A stretch of 64,000 nt of DNA from Coraliomargarita sp. Its GTDB lineage: Bacteria; Verrucomicrobiota; Verrucomicrobiia; Opitutales; Coraliomargaritaceae. A model generated the notes under the pieces. It ran no database searches. It was not told where the DNA came from and saw only the letters and a list, made by a program, of their open reading frames with translations. Positions 33,430-44,887 of the stretch are shown piece by piece. Position 1 is the first letter of the stretch. The number at the start of each line of letters is the position of its first letter. Position numbers and translations under genes: made by a program. The stretch lies in contig OZ244160.1 in NCBI GenBank assembly GCA_965216325.1, positions 1,088,001 to 1,152,000 on the forward strand, written 5' to 3'.

Positions 33430-33906
33430 ATGGCGAAACCTCAACCACTCACCGAAGGAAGCACAGCTCCTGAATTTTCATTTCAGGAAGACGGCAAATT
33501 ATTGACGCGCGCAGAGGCCGGAGGCCCGATGTTGCTGTATTTTTATCCCAAGGATAATACTCCCGGTTGCAACAAACAGGCCTGTGGACTTCGCGATGCA
33601 TGGGCAGAGCTACAAGCAGCGGGTCTGCGTGTCGTCGGCGTTAGTAAAGATTCGGAGGCCTCGCATGATAAGTTTCGCGCCAAATTTGACCTTCCCTTTC
33701 CTTTAATCGCCGACACGGAACTTGAGCTTGCGCAAGCCTATGGAGTCTATGGCGAAAAGCAGTTTATGGGGCGCACGTTTGACGGTGTCCATCGTGTGTC
33801 TTTCCTTATATCCACAGACGGCACTATCCTCAAAACCTACGCTAAAGTGAAACCTGCCGAGCACGCGGCTACCGTGTTGGCTGACTTCACTGCCCTTAAT
33901 CAATAA
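33430..33906 (+). CDS. bcp: Peroxiredoxin Bcp
   Basis: [16 protein letters not shown]. Confidence 0.92.
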   Translation: MAKPQPLTEGSTAPEFSFQEDGKLLTRAEAGGPMLLYFYPKDNTPGCNKQACGLRDAWAELQAAGLRVVGVSKDSEASHDKFRAKFDLPFPLIADTELELAQAYGVYGEKQFMGRTFDGVHRVSFLISTDGTILKTYAKVKPAEHAATVLADFTALNQ

Positions 33907-33908
33907 GC

Positions 33909-34646
33909 ATGAATCAAAACCCGAAGCCACTGATTGTTATCGCTGAGGACGACAAAGACCTCGCAAGTTTGATTGCAACACAACTGGAAGTCTCCGGCAT
34001 GCAGAGCCAAATCTGCCACGAGGCATCGCATGTGTCCCGCTTTCTGAAGAATAACTTTGCGAATTTATTGCTACTGGATGTGCACTTGCCTGACGATACA
34101 GGCTTCAACCTCGTCGACGACCTGCGTAGGCACGGCTCTGAGGTGCCCGTCATCTTCCTTACCGGAGAAAGCGGTGAAGTGCAAAAAGTCAAAGCACTGG
34201 AGATGGGGGGCGACGACTATATCACCAAACCTTTTGGCTTCCCTGAGCTAATCGCACGTATCAATGCCGTGCTTCGTCGTGCTGGCACTGCACACGATAC
34301 AAACATCACTCAGAATGCCTCAACTACTGATGGGCCGTTTCAATTTTGTGGCGCAGAAATCAATCCGCAGCGCTTGGAAGTCAGCTTCCCCGATGGCGAG
34401 ACTGAGAGCATTGGACGCAAGGAACTTGGCATCTTTGCCTATCTGGCTGGCAATCCGAATACGGTGCTCACACGCAAGAATCTAATCCACTCCGTTTGGG
34501 GGATCCATGCCGATGTGCGTAGCCGCTCGCTGGATCAATACATCGTCAAAATCCGCGATCTGTATAAGCGGCACGGCCTTTCGTTGGATGCCTTCCGCAC
34601 CGTGCATGGTGTCGGCTACATCTACGATCTAGATGGTGTGGAATAA
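33909..34646 (+). CDS. OmpR-family response regulator
   Basis: AEDD, LLDVHLP, DDYITKPF, winged helix TVHGVGY. Confidence 0.93.
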   Translation: MNQNPKPLIVIAEDDKDLASLIATQLEVSGMQSQICHEASHVSRFLKNNFANLLLLDVHLPDDTGFNLVDDLRRHGSEVPVIFLTGESGEVQKVKALEMGGDDYITKPFGFPELIARINAVLRRAGTAHDTNITQNASTTDGPFQFCGAEINPQRLEVSFPDGETESIGRKELGIFAYLAGNPNTVLTRKNLIHSVWGIHADVRSRSLDQYIVKIRDLYKRHGLSLDAFRTVHGVGYIYDLDGVE

Positions 34647-34651
34647 TTTAT

Positions 34652-34682
34652 AAAAAAGGCGGCATGAATTGCCGCCTTTTTT
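34652..34682. terminator. Bidirectional intrinsic terminator
   Basis: aaaaaaggcggca-tgaat-tgccgcctttttt. Confidence 0.85.
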
Positions 34683-34683
34683 G

Positions 34684-36078
34684 TTATTGTCTCCAGTGGG
34701 CAATTCGTGCCGCAACTTGCTTTGGGCCCGGCATCCCAGGCTTTTCACGTGCTTCAAGTGCGCGCTTGAGGTCGAACACTGCATTCCAATCTTCCCCAAG
34801 TGCTGTGTGGATCGGCGACACTTGGTCATAGGGTAATTGATGTAGTGGCGTCTCGAGTTTCTCGGATAGTCCGACCAGTGCACCAACGACGTGGTGCGCT
34901 TCACGGAATGGAACACCCTTTTCCACGAGGTAGTCGACCACGTCAGTCGCTAGCAACGCGGGATCGGCAACTGCATCGGCGCAGCTTTGAGTATTGATTT
35001 GGACACCGGGCATGCAGGCCGCTACTGAATCGAGCATGAGCAAAGTTTGCTCCAGGGAATCAAATACCGGCGGCTTATCTTCTTGAAGGTCCCGATTGTA
35101 AGTAAGCGGTAGCCCTTTCACCATCGTCAGCAACATTTGCAGGTTGCCAGTCAGACGCGCCGTTTTGCCGCGAATCAACTCAAAGGCATCCGGGTTTTTC
35201 TTCTGCGGCATTAAACTGGAGCCAGTGGTGAAGGCATCCGGCAGGCGCACGAAGTTAAATTCGGCGCTACTCCAAAGAATAAAATCCTCAGAGAGGCGGG
35301 ACAGGTGAGCGCCAATGGTCGCACAGGCAGCAGCAAAATCGATAAAGCAGTCGCGGTCGCTCACTGCGTCCATACTGTTTTGGGTCATGCGTGGATTGCC
35401 ATCAGCATCTACAAATCCAAGTTCGCGTGCAACGAATTCGCGGTCGATCGGCAGTGTGGTGCCGGCAATCGCGCCCGAGCCTAGCGGGCACACATTCGCC
35501 TGGTCATGGACTGCAGAAACGCGGGTGCGGTCACGGTTGAACATTTCCACATAGGCCAACAAGTGGTGGGCCATGGATACTGGTTGAGCGCGCTGAAGGT
35601 GTGTATAACCGGGGATAATTGCATCCTGTCCACGCTCAGCCAAATCGACCAGAGAGGCGACCGTCGCATCCAGCGAGGCAAGCAATTGCGTACAGGCATC
35701 CTTAAACCAAAGTCGCATGTCTGTGGCGACTTGGTCATTGCGACTGCGCGCCGTGTGTAACTTGGCAGCTGCGGGGACCCGCAGCGTGAGGGCCTGCTCA
35801 ATGTTCATATGCACGTCTTCAAGCGCCATGTCCCAATTGAACTGCCCTGCTTCGACTTCAGCCAAGATTTCGTCCAAGCCTGACTGAATCGCATCGCGCT
35901 CTTCGTCAGTGATGATTCCGACATGAGCCAGCATGGCTGCCTGAGCCTGACTCCCCTGCACATCGAATTTTGCGAGTTTTTGGTCGAAGGATACGGACTC
36001 ACCAATACGTAGCATGAGTTCGGCTGGGCCTTCGGAAAAGCGTCCACCCCATGTGGCTTGTTTATTCGTTTCAGACAT
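34684..36078 (-). CDS. argH: Argininosuccinate lyase
   Basis: [42 protein letters not shown]. Confidence 0.96.
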   Translation of the reverse strand: MSETNKQATWGGRFSEGPAELMLRIGESVSFDQKLAKFDVQGSQAQAAMLAHVGIITDEERDAIQSGLDEILAEVEAGQFNWDMALEDVHMNIEQALTLRVPAAAKLHTARSRNDQVATDMRLWFKDACTQLLASLDATVASLVDLAERGQDAIIPGYTHLQRAQPVSMAHHLLAYVEMFNRDRTRVSAVHDQANVCPLGSGAIAGTTLPIDREFVARELGFVDADGNPRMTQNSMDAVSDRDCFIDFAAACATIGAHLSRLSEDFILWSSAEFNFVRLPDAFTTGSSLMPQKKNPDAFELIRGKTARLTGNLQMLLTMVKGLPLTYNRDLQEDKPPVFDSLEQTLLMLDSVAACMPGVQINTQSCADAVADPALLATDVVDYLVEKGVPFREAHHVVGALVGLSEKLETPLHQLPYDQVSPIHTALGEDWNAVFDLKRALEAREKPGMPGPKQVAARIAHWRQ

Positions 36079-36132
36079 AGTGCTGACTTTCGATAGCTGG
36101 TTCTGCTTTGGCAAATTCAAATTACGCGCCAA

Positions 36133-38145
36133 TTACAAGGCCTCGATCACTGCAGCAATGTCATCGGTGGGCACCAAACATTGAGAGCTCACACAAACCT
36201 GATAAGCTGAGCTCTGCACAGATACGGATTGAATGAAGATCGGTCGTGATGGTCGGCAGGCAAGTGCATCGCGTAAGCTGGAGAGGTCTGTGCCTTGCTT
36301 CACTTTAATCACGATTATACCAATCGCATGTGCGGCCACCGCCTCCAAGCTATGCGCGACTCCAGACGCGACTTTCTGCGCGTAATCAGCATATGCGGGC
36401 AAGGTCGATTGAAGTGCTTCTGCGTAACGACCTTCGCCCGAGATGGCATACATTCCGGCCAAGGCGTGTAGCATTACGCTATTACCTGCAGGCGTGGCAT
36501 TGTCGAACCACTCTTTACGGCGGGCCACCGGTGTTTCGACGCCGTCGGCCGTGAAGTAATAGCCGCACCCATCCGCATCGCTAAACTTATCTAACGCCGC
36601 ATCCAAATAGAGTTGGGCGCGCTCGTAATAGCTATTTGCAACTTCAGCATCCAGCCAAGCTAACTTAGCACCAACCTTTAAACAGGCATCTGCCGCCAAG
36701 GCATAATCGTGCAGGAAGCCATCCACCGTTGCGCCGACACCTTCGTAATAGACTGACTTGAGCTTAAGCCCCGAGTCAGTTATCTCGCTCAGGTCTGACC
36801 ATATGAAGTCTAGCGCCTGACGTGCACGCTCCAGCCACTCTGGGCGATCAAAGATAAAGCCTGCTTCAGCAAGCGAGCGTATTAGCATGCAGTTCCAGGC
36901 TGTGCTGATCTTCTCGTCACGACCAGGCGCAGTGCGCGTCGCTTCTCGGTGCTTACGCAAGTCCGCTCTCGCGCTGGCCAGATGCTGGCGCACCTCAGGA
37001 TCGGAATCGGCTAGTGCGGGATTCGAGAGGCCGTGTTCGAAATTTCCTTCGAGGGTAATATTATACGCGGTGCGGATTTCCCGCCCGGTCGATGGACCCA
37101 GGACACTGTCAATCTCGTCTGGCTCCCAAACGTAATAGCGCCCTTCTTCTCCATCGGTATCTGCATCCAATGCCGCATAAAATGCACCGGAAGTAGCGCT
37201 CATTTCACGCTCCAGCCATTCCACGGTCTCCTCTACGACGGCTGCATACAGCGGATCCTGCTTATCCTGCCAACCACGTGTATAGGCATCGATGAGCAAG
37301 GCATTATCATAGAGCATTTTCTCAAAGTGCGGTATTAACCAGTGCGTATCGACGCTATAGCGTGCAAAGCCGCCGCCAAATTGGTCGTAGATGCCACCAT
37401 GGGCCATCGCTTGCAGCGTCTTATGGCAGACCTGATCAATGCGCTTCGCGAGTTCTGGTGCCTCTTCCTCAACGGTCGCACTGCGGCGTATTGTTTGCAG
37501 AAAGTTGAGGCTCATCGATGGCGGAAACTTCGGAGCTCCTCCAAAACCGCCATATTGGTCGTCGTGATTACCGACGATCCCCTGAGCCGCTGCAACCAAA
37601 AGTGCATTATCCCAGCTTGAAGTCGCATCTGTCTGCACCCCAGCCAAAATGTTCTTCTGGATAGAATCTGCATTCTCGATCAACTCCTCACGGGAACGCT
37701 TATAGTAGTCCGCAATTCGCATCAGAAGCTGTGGCCATGGAATCATACCATTGCCACGGTCCTCCGGAGGAAAATAGGTGCCCCCGAAGAACGGTCGCCC
37801 ATCCGGTAAGCAAAAGACATTCAGTGGCCAGCCTCCCTGCTGTTGAATCATTTGTACCGCCTCCATATAAACTTGGTCAACGTCCGGGCGCTCTTCACGG
37901 TCCACTTTAACGCAAATGAAGTGTTTGTTCATGAGTCCCGCGATGTAGGGGTCATCGAACGATTCATGCGCCATAACGTGGCACCAGTGGCATGCTGAGT
38001 AACCAATCGAAACCAACAGAGGTTTTTGACTCTCCCTTGCAGCCTGAAGCGCTGCCTCACCCCACGGATACCATGCCACGGGCTGCGTTGCGTGCTGTTT
38101 CAGGTATAAGCTTTGCTCGCCTTTCAGGCTGTTTTTAGAGTCCAT
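36133..38145 (-). CDS. YyaL/DUF255 thioredoxin-domain protein
   Basis: [39 protein letters not shown]. Confidence 0.92.
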   Translation of the reverse strand: MDSKNSLKGEQSLYLKQHATQPVAWYPWGEAALQAARESQKPLLVSIGYSACHWCHVMAHESFDDPYIAGLMNKHFICVKVDREERPDVDQVYMEAVQMIQQQGGWPLNVFCLPDGRPFFGGTYFPPEDRGNGMIPWPQLLMRIADYYKRSREELIENADSIQKNILAGVQTDATSSWDNALLVAAAQGIVGNHDDQYGGFGGAPKFPPSMSLNFLQTIRRSATVEEEAPELAKRIDQVCHKTLQAMAHGGIYDQFGGGFARYSVDTHWLIPHFEKMLYDNALLIDAYTRGWQDKQDPLYAAVVEETVEWLEREMSATSGAFYAALDADTDGEEGRYYVWEPDEIDSVLGPSTGREIRTAYNITLEGNFEHGLSNPALADSDPEVRQHLASARADLRKHREATRTAPGRDEKISTAWNCMLIRSLAEAGFIFDRPEWLERARQALDFIWSDLSEITDSGLKLKSVYYEGVGATVDGFLHDYALAADACLKVGAKLAWLDAEVANSYYERAQLYLDAALDKFSDADGCGYYFTADGVETPVARRKEWFDNATPAGNSVMLHALAGMYAISGEGRYAEALQSTLPAYADYAQKVASGVAHSLEAVAAHAIGIIVIKVKQGTDLSSLRDALACRPSRPIFIQSVSVQSSAYQVCVSSQCLVPTDDIAAVIEAL

Positions 38146-38235
38146 ATTGTAAATATCTTTATAAAGCGTTGGTTCTAAACGTTTGACGCTCGTGGTTTAT
38201 GCGGCCTCTGTTAAAAAGAATCATCCCCCTAGTCT

Positions 38236-38697
38236 ATGCTAAAAGCCCCCAAGCAAGGATTTACCCTACTGGAAATCATGATTGTTGTTACGATCATTGG
38301 TATTCTGGTCGCACTGGTATTCCCTCTCTTTTCAAAGATCAAGATAAGTTCACAAAACTCTGCCTTGGCCAATGACCTGCGATGTTTTTCCAGTATGATT
38401 GAGTTCTATGCGACCGACAGTGGCGATTACCCTGAACCAGTTGAATCCGGCTCACTGCCCCCCGACCTCTCAGGTTACATTACCTCCGGTCAATGGAATG
38501 CAAGGCCTTCAATTGGCGGGATGTGGGACCTTGTCTATGAAAGTGGCACGATCATTTCTGCGGTAGGCGTCCGTGGCTTTAGTGTCGATGATGAACAACT
38601 CCGTGTTTTCGATGAAAAATACGATGATGCAAGCCTGAGTACCGGACTTTACCGTAAAATTGGCGGTGGAGGTTTTTTCCGCATCATCGCTGAGTAG
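38236..38697 (+). CDS. Prepilin-type (type II secretion / type IV pilin-like) protein
   Basis: KQG-FTLLE cleavage/methylation motif followed by a hydrophobic helix. Confidence 0.88.
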   Translation: MLKAPKQGFTLLEIMIVVTIIGILVALVFPLFSKIKISSQNSALANDLRCFSSMIEFYATDSGDYPEPVESGSLPPDLSGYITSGQWNARPSIGGMWDLVYESGTIISAVGVRGFSVDDEQLRVFDEKYDDASLSTGLYRKIGGGGFFRIIAE

Positions 38698-38781
38698 ATC
38701 GCGTTAATCGCTCATTCTACATATTATTTGTTTTGCAGGGCGGTCTACGCGGTCCAACATGGTGCGTTTTTCTACCTTCCC

Positions 38782-40611
38782 ATGTCATCCATTCGCATTC
38801 TTCCTGACCGTGTTGCAAATCAAATCGCTGCTGGCGAAGTGATTGAACGGCCAGTTGCTGTAGTTAAAGAATTGGTTGAAAATAGTATCGATGCAGGGGC
38901 AACCCGTATCGAGGTCGAATTTCGAAATGGCGGGAAGTCCTACATCCGCATTGAGGACAATGGTAAAGGAATGTCTCCCGATGAGGCATTACTTGCCCTC
39001 GAGCGGCATGCCACCAGTAAAATCCGTGAAGCAGCCGACTTGAATGAAATCGCGAGTTTCGGATTCCGGGGTGAAGCTCTGCCGTCGATCGCATCTGTAT
39101 CCAAGTTTACCTTACGCACACGAGCTGAAGGCTTTGAGCACGGAACTGAAATTCTAATCAACGGTGGCAAACTTATTGAGAAGAAAGAATGTGGCATGCC
39201 GGTTGGCACTGTAATTGAAATTGCCCACCTCTTCAACTCGGTGCCTGCTCGACGGAAATTTCTGAAGACCGACCCGACTGAAACTGCGCATATTACCTAC
39301 ACAACACGCTTGTTTGCCGTCGCACACCCACAGGTCGCATTTCGGCTGCTGGAAAATGGCCGCACCTTGTTCCAGTCCCCAGCATGCAGCGATTTACGTG
39401 ATCGCATCGCCGAGATCTGGGGGCGCCAACTCGCAAATGATCTGATTCCCGTTCAGTTTAATGATGTGGAGCGCGGCTATACGCTCAGTGGTCTGACTGC
39501 GAAGCCTGGCGTCGGTCGCTCTACGAGACGGGAATTAGTCACCCTCGTGAACCGACGGCCAGTAGACAGTCGCACACTTGGATTTGCGGTGCTGGATGCC
39601 TATCATGGACGCATACAGAAAGGACGTTATCCTCCCGCCTTTTTATTTCTGGATATCGCACCTCAAGAAGTTGACGTTAACGTGCATCCAGCCAAGCGCG
39701 AAGTGCGCTTCCGCGACGATGGTGCGATTCGGCGCTTTGTTTTAGGTGCCGTAAGCGACACCTTGGCTGATTACACAGAACAGTCGCAGCCAAAGCCGCC
39801 TGTGCCTGCTGCCAACCCCGCAAGTGAACCAGCGCCACGAGCAGCAAAGCCTGACCTAAAACCTAAGATCTCAATGCCAAGCGAATCCGTCCCAGTCGCT
39901 AGTGAGATCGTTGCTAAAAAGATGGGCACAAAAGTGCAACTTGCCCCGCCCCCCACCAAGGTCACGCCACCAGAGCCTGCACCTAAAACAACAGTTAGTA
40001 AGGAGGCACCCGAAACCGTGCCGATCAAACGCGATACAGACTGGAGATACATTGCACGCTTCCAAAAACACTATGCATTGTTCGAAACAAAGCGTGGACT
40101 GGTAATGCTACACATTCGGCATGCGGACCAACGTGTGCGTATGGAAAAAATCCAAGCCAGCTTCCACCAGGAAAACCAACCAAGCCAGCAACTTTTGATT
40201 CCACTCCCGCTGGAACTGGAGCCGTTGACCTCGGAAACACTGAAAAAACAGCTAAAACTACTGAACTCGCACGGATTTCAAATTGAAGAGTTTGGACGCA
40301 ATTTCTATCGCATCGAAGCGGTTCCGATATGGCTTGAGCAGGAAAAAGCCGAAGCCTTTGTTCGTGATTTTATTGATCGTATTCGACAGCGTGAGGGAAG
40401 CCGTAAGAAAGATTCGTTGATTTGGGACGCCGTTGCCCAACTCGCGATTAAGGATAGCTATCGCAGTAGTGACCATCTCAGTGATTTGGCACTCAAGCAA
40501 CTCGCGAGCGAACTATTAAATTGTTCGTCGCCGCATACGGCCCCAAGTGGGAAGGCGACCTTTCAAGAGGTCAGCTGGAGTGAATGGGCTCGCCGTTTTG
40601 GAGCAGATTAA
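38782..40611 (+). CDS. mutL: DNA mismatch repair protein MutL
   Basis: [41 protein letters not shown]. Confidence 0.95.
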   Translation: MSSIRILPDRVANQIAAGEVIERPVAVVKELVENSIDAGATRIEVEFRNGGKSYIRIEDNGKGMSPDEALLALERHATSKIREAADLNEIASFGFRGEALPSIASVSKFTLRTRAEGFEHGTEILINGGKLIEKKECGMPVGTVIEIAHLFNSVPARRKFLKTDPTETAHITYTTRLFAVAHPQVAFRLLENGRTLFQSPACSDLRDRIAEIWGRQLANDLIPVQFNDVERGYTLSGLTAKPGVGRSTRRELVTLVNRRPVDSRTLGFAVLDAYHGRIQKGRYPPAFLFLDIAPQEVDVNVHPAKREVRFRDDGAIRRFVLGAVSDTLADYTEQSQPKPPVPAANPASEPAPRAAKPDLKPKISMPSESVPVASEIVAKKMGTKVQLAPPPTKVTPPEPAPKTTVSKEAPETVPIKRDTDWRYIARFQKHYALFETKRGLVMLHIRHADQRVRMEKIQASFHQENQPSQQLLIPLPLELEPLTSETLKKQLKLLNSHGFQIEEFGRNFYRIEAVPIWLEQEKAEAFVRDFIDRIRQREGSRKKDSLIWDAVAQLAIKDSYRSSDHLSDLALKQLASELLNCSSPHTAPSGKATFQEVSWSEWARRFGAD

Positions 40612-40623
40612 CACTGGATCGAT

Positions 40624-41913
40624 ATGACTCAGCAAAAGTTCAAGCAGTGGCAGGCATACTCACGTGATGAACCGATTGCCTGTGTGGATCGCTTCTTCAA
40701 TGCGATCGGGCTATTATCAGAGACTGATCGTCGTAGCTATATTGCATCAACCTATGATCGTGCGGACCTCGCTCGTAGTCTGCTAAAATCAGCACATCGT
40801 GCAGACGCACCACTCGCAGGAATTCCCTACACAATTCAAGATTTAGTCGATGTCTCAGGACTCCCGACTGGATGTGGCGCACCCTTTGATCAGCCTTTTG
40901 AAGGAATCATTGACTGCTCATCAGAGCTCTCCAACGCGTTGGATACAATGGGCGCCTGCTTATTCGCCAAAACAGTTCCAGCCGAGTTCGGAGTAGATAT
41001 TCGGGGGCGTAATCCAAGCCACGGCACTTGTGCACATCCGGATTCGGATGTATATGTGCTTGGTGGCGGCGCCGGCAGTACAGTGCGGGCTGTCGCCGAA
41101 GGCCTGGTGCCGCTCGGTGTGGGGGTAGACACCTCGGGAGGAATTCGTATCCCTGCAGCCTTCCAAGGGTGCTTTGGCTTCAGGATGGGACATAATGCTT
41201 ATACGCACGATGGACTATTCCCGATCATGCCCTCAGTTGAGTCAATTGGATGGGTCACCAACACCATCAGCACCTTAAAGCAAACTTTTAGGGCCTTTTA
41301 TCCCCACGCAATAAAGCAGCAAATGGAGCCTAAGGGCTTCTTAATTGATGATCCCTGTTGTCATGTATCGCCTGAGGTTAAATCGAGCTTTCTACTGCTA
41401 TCCCGTGAGCTCGACATTCATGAGGACCCCCAACAACACACTCGCTTAAACCAAGCATTTCAAGGTGCTGGCAATGCGCTCCAGTTGCTACAGGCCCGTG
41501 AACTTTACACAATCCACCAGTATTGGATTGATGAGTATAGAGATCGTTACGACACGAATTTGTTGCGGCGCATTTATAGAGGGATGGAATGCAGTTCAGC
41601 TGAAGTTGAGTTGAGTGGGCAAGTTCAAGAGCGCATCAAGCGAGCGTTGACGACGTTTTTCGAGCGCTATGATTATTTACTGATGCCGGTTTCAAGCGTA
41701 TCGACTCCCCGACAAGGGGACTGGAATGTGGATTTGGAAAGCGACCTGATGCAACTGATCGCCCCGGCAAGCTTATCTGCACTTCCTGCGCTTATATTGC
41801 CATTTATCTGTGAAGATGGCATGCACGGCGCGGCTCAATTGATTATAAACCCGCGAAAAGTAGGTATTGTCCCCGACATTTTAGATCAGGTTGCGGCTTA
41901 CTACGAAGACTGA
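40624..41913 (+). CDS. Amidase-signature family protein with degenerate catalytic motifs
   Basis: PLAGIPYTIQDL, AKT..EF, GGGAGS and GVDTSGGIRIPAAFQG resemble the amidase signature. Confidence 0.8.
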   Translation: MTQQKFKQWQAYSRDEPIACVDRFFNAIGLLSETDRRSYIASTYDRADLARSLLKSAHRADAPLAGIPYTIQDLVDVSGLPTGCGAPFDQPFEGIIDCSSELSNALDTMGACLFAKTVPAEFGVDIRGRNPSHGTCAHPDSDVYVLGGGAGSTVRAVAEGLVPLGVGVDTSGGIRIPAAFQGCFGFRMGHNAYTHDGLFPIMPSVESIGWVTNTISTLKQTFRAFYPHAIKQQMEPKGFLIDDPCCHVSPEVKSSFLLLSRELDIHEDPQQHTRLNQAFQGAGNALQLLQARELYTIHQYWIDEYRDRYDTNLLRRIYRGMECSSAEVELSGQVQERIKRALTTFFERYDYLLMPVSSVSTPRQGDWNVDLESDLMQLIAPASLSALPALILPFICEDGMHGAAQLIINPRKVGIVPDILDQVAAYYED

Positions 41914-41941
41914 GGCACGCTCACTGCACGTAAAGGAGGCA

Positions 41942-42745
41942 CTACACGGCGAAACCAACAGCCGCCTCCAATAGATCGGCAAACTGCAAGCGCACTCGTT
42001 CTGCCGTATCCGAAACCTCTTCGTGGCTCAGTGGCCCATCCGACATTCCCGCTGCAGCATTTGTAATGCAGGAAATTCCGACAACTCGCATTCGGGATCG
42101 CCGTGCAACTATTGCCTCTGGAACCGTAGACATGCCAACGGCATCCGCCCCCAAGAGTGCGAATGCGCGAATCTCTGCCGGCGTTTCAAAGCTAGGGCCA
42201 GTGGTCGCAAGGTAAACGCCTTGCTTGAGTTCGAACGCATGCGCAGCTGCCCATTCGACGATTCGAGCACGCAATGCCGCGTCATAGACTGTGGTCATGT
42301 CCGGAAACAAGTCTTCCCCTTCGTTTGGCTTGACTCCGACAAGTGGATTGCTGCCGAGACAATTGATATGGTCCGTGAGCAACATGAAATCACCTGGCGT
42401 GTAATCAGGGTTGATCCCTCCGGCCGCATTGGTCAGAAATACAGTCCCAATTCCGACTTCTTTCATCAGGCGGATCGGACTCGTCAGTTCTTGTAGTCGA
42501 TAGCCTTCGTAGTAGTGAAATCGTCCCTGCATACAGAGGACACGTAAGCCGTTTATGGTCCCATAAACAAACCGTCCTGCATGCCCGGGAACTGTAGAAA
42601 CTGGAAAGCCATCAATTTCGCTGTAAGCAATACGGCCAGCAACATCGATGCGCTCATCCGCAAAAAATCCTAAGCCTGAGCCGAGCACTAAGCCGACTTG
42701 TGGGCGAAAATCGATGAGTTCTTTGGGGAGCACAGGTAAGTTCAT
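41942..42745 (-). CDS. punA: Purine nucleoside phosphorylase (trimeric type)
   Basis: LGSGLG, STVPGHAG, QGRFHYYEG, GPSFETPAE, VGMSTVPE. Confidence 0.92.
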   Translation of the reverse strand: MNLPVLPKELIDFRPQVGLVLGSGLGFFADERIDVAGRIAYSEIDGFPVSTVPGHAGRFVYGTINGLRVLCMQGRFHYYEGYRLQELTSPIRLMKEVGIGTVFLTNAAGGINPDYTPGDFMLLTDHINCLGSNPLVGVKPNEGEDLFPDMTTVYDAALRARIVEWAAAHAFELKQGVYLATTGPSFETPAEIRAFALLGADAVGMSTVPEAIVARRSRMRVVGISCITNAAAGMSDGPLSHEEVSDTAERVRLQFADLLEAAVGFAV

Positions 42746-42754
42746 GGTTAGCTC

Positions 42755-44071
42755 TTATACGGATGTAATTCGATTCATGACAACAGGTGGCACATCCACT
42801 GGCTGTTCTGAATAGGAATAAGCGGTCTTGATTCGCTCAAGTGCGCGTTCACACTGATCTGTAGTTTGATAATGAATACAGGCGAGGACTTGGCCATTTT
42901 GGACGCTATCGCCCTCTTTCGCTTTTAATACAATACCCACAGCCGGGTCGATCAAGTCATCTGCATACGCACGCCCTGCCCCCAAATTACGCGCAGCGTC
43001 TCCGAGTATGCGTGCATCGAGTGATTCGATGAAGGCTGGCGCGCCTTGATACCGGAAGTCGAGTTGCATGGACGACTTGGGCAATTTATCTATAGAATCT
43101 ACAATGCTCTCATCACCCCCCTGCGCGGTGATTAATTCTCGAAATGCATTCAGCGCCCGACCGCTTTCAATCGACTCAGTAATGAGCGGTGCGGCCTCTG
43201 CTGCTGTTTTACAAATCCCACCAAGTTGAAGCATTTCTGCCACTAATGCATTGGTGACCTCCATAAGGTCTTGGGGGCCAGTCCCTTTCAGGCAGTCAAT
43301 AACTTCCGCGACCTCCAAACTATTGCCGATCGCATAGCCTAGCGGTTGATCCATACGCGTGATCAGTGCAGTCGTTGGTTTGCCTAAGCCAGAACTAATT
43401 TGCACCAAGGATTCGGCGAGTTCACACGCCGAATCCTTGGTTTGCATAAAGGCACCGGAACCGCACTTTACGTCCAGCACGAGTGCGTCAATTCCTTCGG
43501 CGAGTTTCTTACTCAAGATACTCGCGCAGATCAGCGGAATGCTTTCCACAGTGCTGGTCACATCCCGCAATGCATAGAGAACTCGGTCAGCTGGCACCAT
43601 ATCCTCCGACTGCCCGATCATCGCCTGATGGATGTTCATCAATTGTTGCCGATAGGCCGCATCATCCAGATCAACACTAAATCCGGGGATCGACTCCAGT
43701 TTATCCAATGTGCCACCGGTATGCCCCAAGCCCCGACCGCTCATCATCGGCACACAAAGCCCCAGCGATGCAGCCAGTGGCGCAAGAATTAGTGACACTT
43801 TGTCGCCGACACCACCCGTCGAGTGCTTGTCGACCTTTGGACGACTGATCTCCGGCAGTTCGACGACTGTCCCAGAGCACATCATAGCTTCGGTCAGTGC
43901 AACCGTCTCCTCCTTCGTCATACCATTAAGCACAATCGCCATTAACAAGGCACTGGCCTGATAATCGCGAAAATCACCAGATACAACCCCATCTACAAAC
44001 TGCCGAACTTGCTTTGGAGTCAGGCGACGCCCATCTCGTTTAGCGGCAATAATATCTACAGGATTCAGCAT
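42755..44071 (-). CDS. pdp: Pyrimidine-nucleoside/thymidine phosphorylase
   Basis: DKHSTGGVGDK, SGRGLGHTGGTLDKLE, SILSKK. Confidence 0.92.
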   Translation of the reverse strand: MLNPVDIIAAKRDGRRLTPKQVRQFVDGVVSGDFRDYQASALLMAIVLNGMTKEETVALTEAMMCSGTVVELPEISRPKVDKHSTGGVGDKVSLILAPLAASLGLCVPMMSGRGLGHTGGTLDKLESIPGFSVDLDDAAYRQQLMNIHQAMIGQSEDMVPADRVLYALRDVTSTVESIPLICASILSKKLAEGIDALVLDVKCGSGAFMQTKDSACELAESLVQISSGLGKPTTALITRMDQPLGYAIGNSLEVAEVIDCLKGTGPQDLMEVTNALVAEMLQLGGICKTAAEAAPLITESIESGRALNAFRELITAQGGDESIVDSIDKLPKSSMQLDFRYQGAPAFIESLDARILGDAARNLGAGRAYADDLIDPAVGIVLKAKEGDSVQNGQVLACIHYQTTDQCERALERIKTAYSYSEQPVDVPPVVMNRITSV

Positions 44072-44176
44072 AGTGTCGAAGCCGTAAGGCTGGCTAATGC
44101 ACTCGACAGATCAATGTTGATCTGGAAAAAGTTTACAAATCTTCCCTTGTAACTTGAGTGTAAGCCTCCGTTCTAG

Positions 44177-44887
44177 ATGATCACACATATGGATCTCAAA
44201 GAGTTTTCTGCACACCTAGACGCCACCAACCTCAAGCTGAATGCCACTGACGGCGAAATCTGCGCCCTCTGCGACGAAGCCGCAGAAGCTGCCTACGCAT
44301 CGGTCTGCGTTTATCCGACCAGCGTCGCGCTGTGCGCAAATATCCTGTATGGCACGGCTACTGGCGTCTGCACTGTGATCGGATTCCCGCATGGTCGCAG
44401 CACGCTGCAAGCAAAGAAAAGCGAGATTCTACAAGCGAAAGAGAACGGCGCAGCAGAGGTCGACATCGTCCTCAATTATGCAGCCTTACGCGCTGGCGAA
44501 AAGAGCCTGGCGTCCGAGGAGATCATTCGACTTTGTGAAACGGCTCGAGAGCAGAAGCTGCTGACCAAAATTATCGTGGAAACATGCTTTTTAAACGAGA
44601 GCCAGAAATTGACTGCTCTCGGGATCTGCGAAACTGCCAGAGCCGACTTCATCAAAACATCCACTGGATTTGGCACTGCTGGAGCAACCGTTGAAGACAT
44701 TCGCCTGTTTGCCGCGAATCGCACGAATGGTATTCAGATTAAAGCGAGTGGTGGCATCAAGACATTGAATTCCGCACTAGCGATGATTGAAGCCGGTGCC
44801 ACACGGTTGGGTGTCTCCGCAGCTTCAGCGCTTGTTGCTGAGCTTAAAGGCGAAGGCGTCGTTTCCCCGAGCGAAAGTGATTACTAG
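44177..44887 (+). CDS. deoC: Deoxyribose-phosphate aldolase
   Basis: VIGFPHG, EVDIV, KIIVET, FIKTSTGF, KASGGI. Confidence 0.95.
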   Translation: MITHMDLKEFSAHLDATNLKLNATDGEICALCDEAAEAAYASVCVYPTSVALCANILYGTATGVCTVIGFPHGRSTLQAKKSEILQAKENGAAEVDIVLNYAALRAGEKSLASEEIIRLCETAREQKLLTKIIVETCFLNESQKLTALGICETARADFIKTSTGFGTAGATVEDIRLFAANRTNGIQIKASGGIKTLNSALAMIEAGATRLGVSAASALVAELKGEGVVSPSESDY

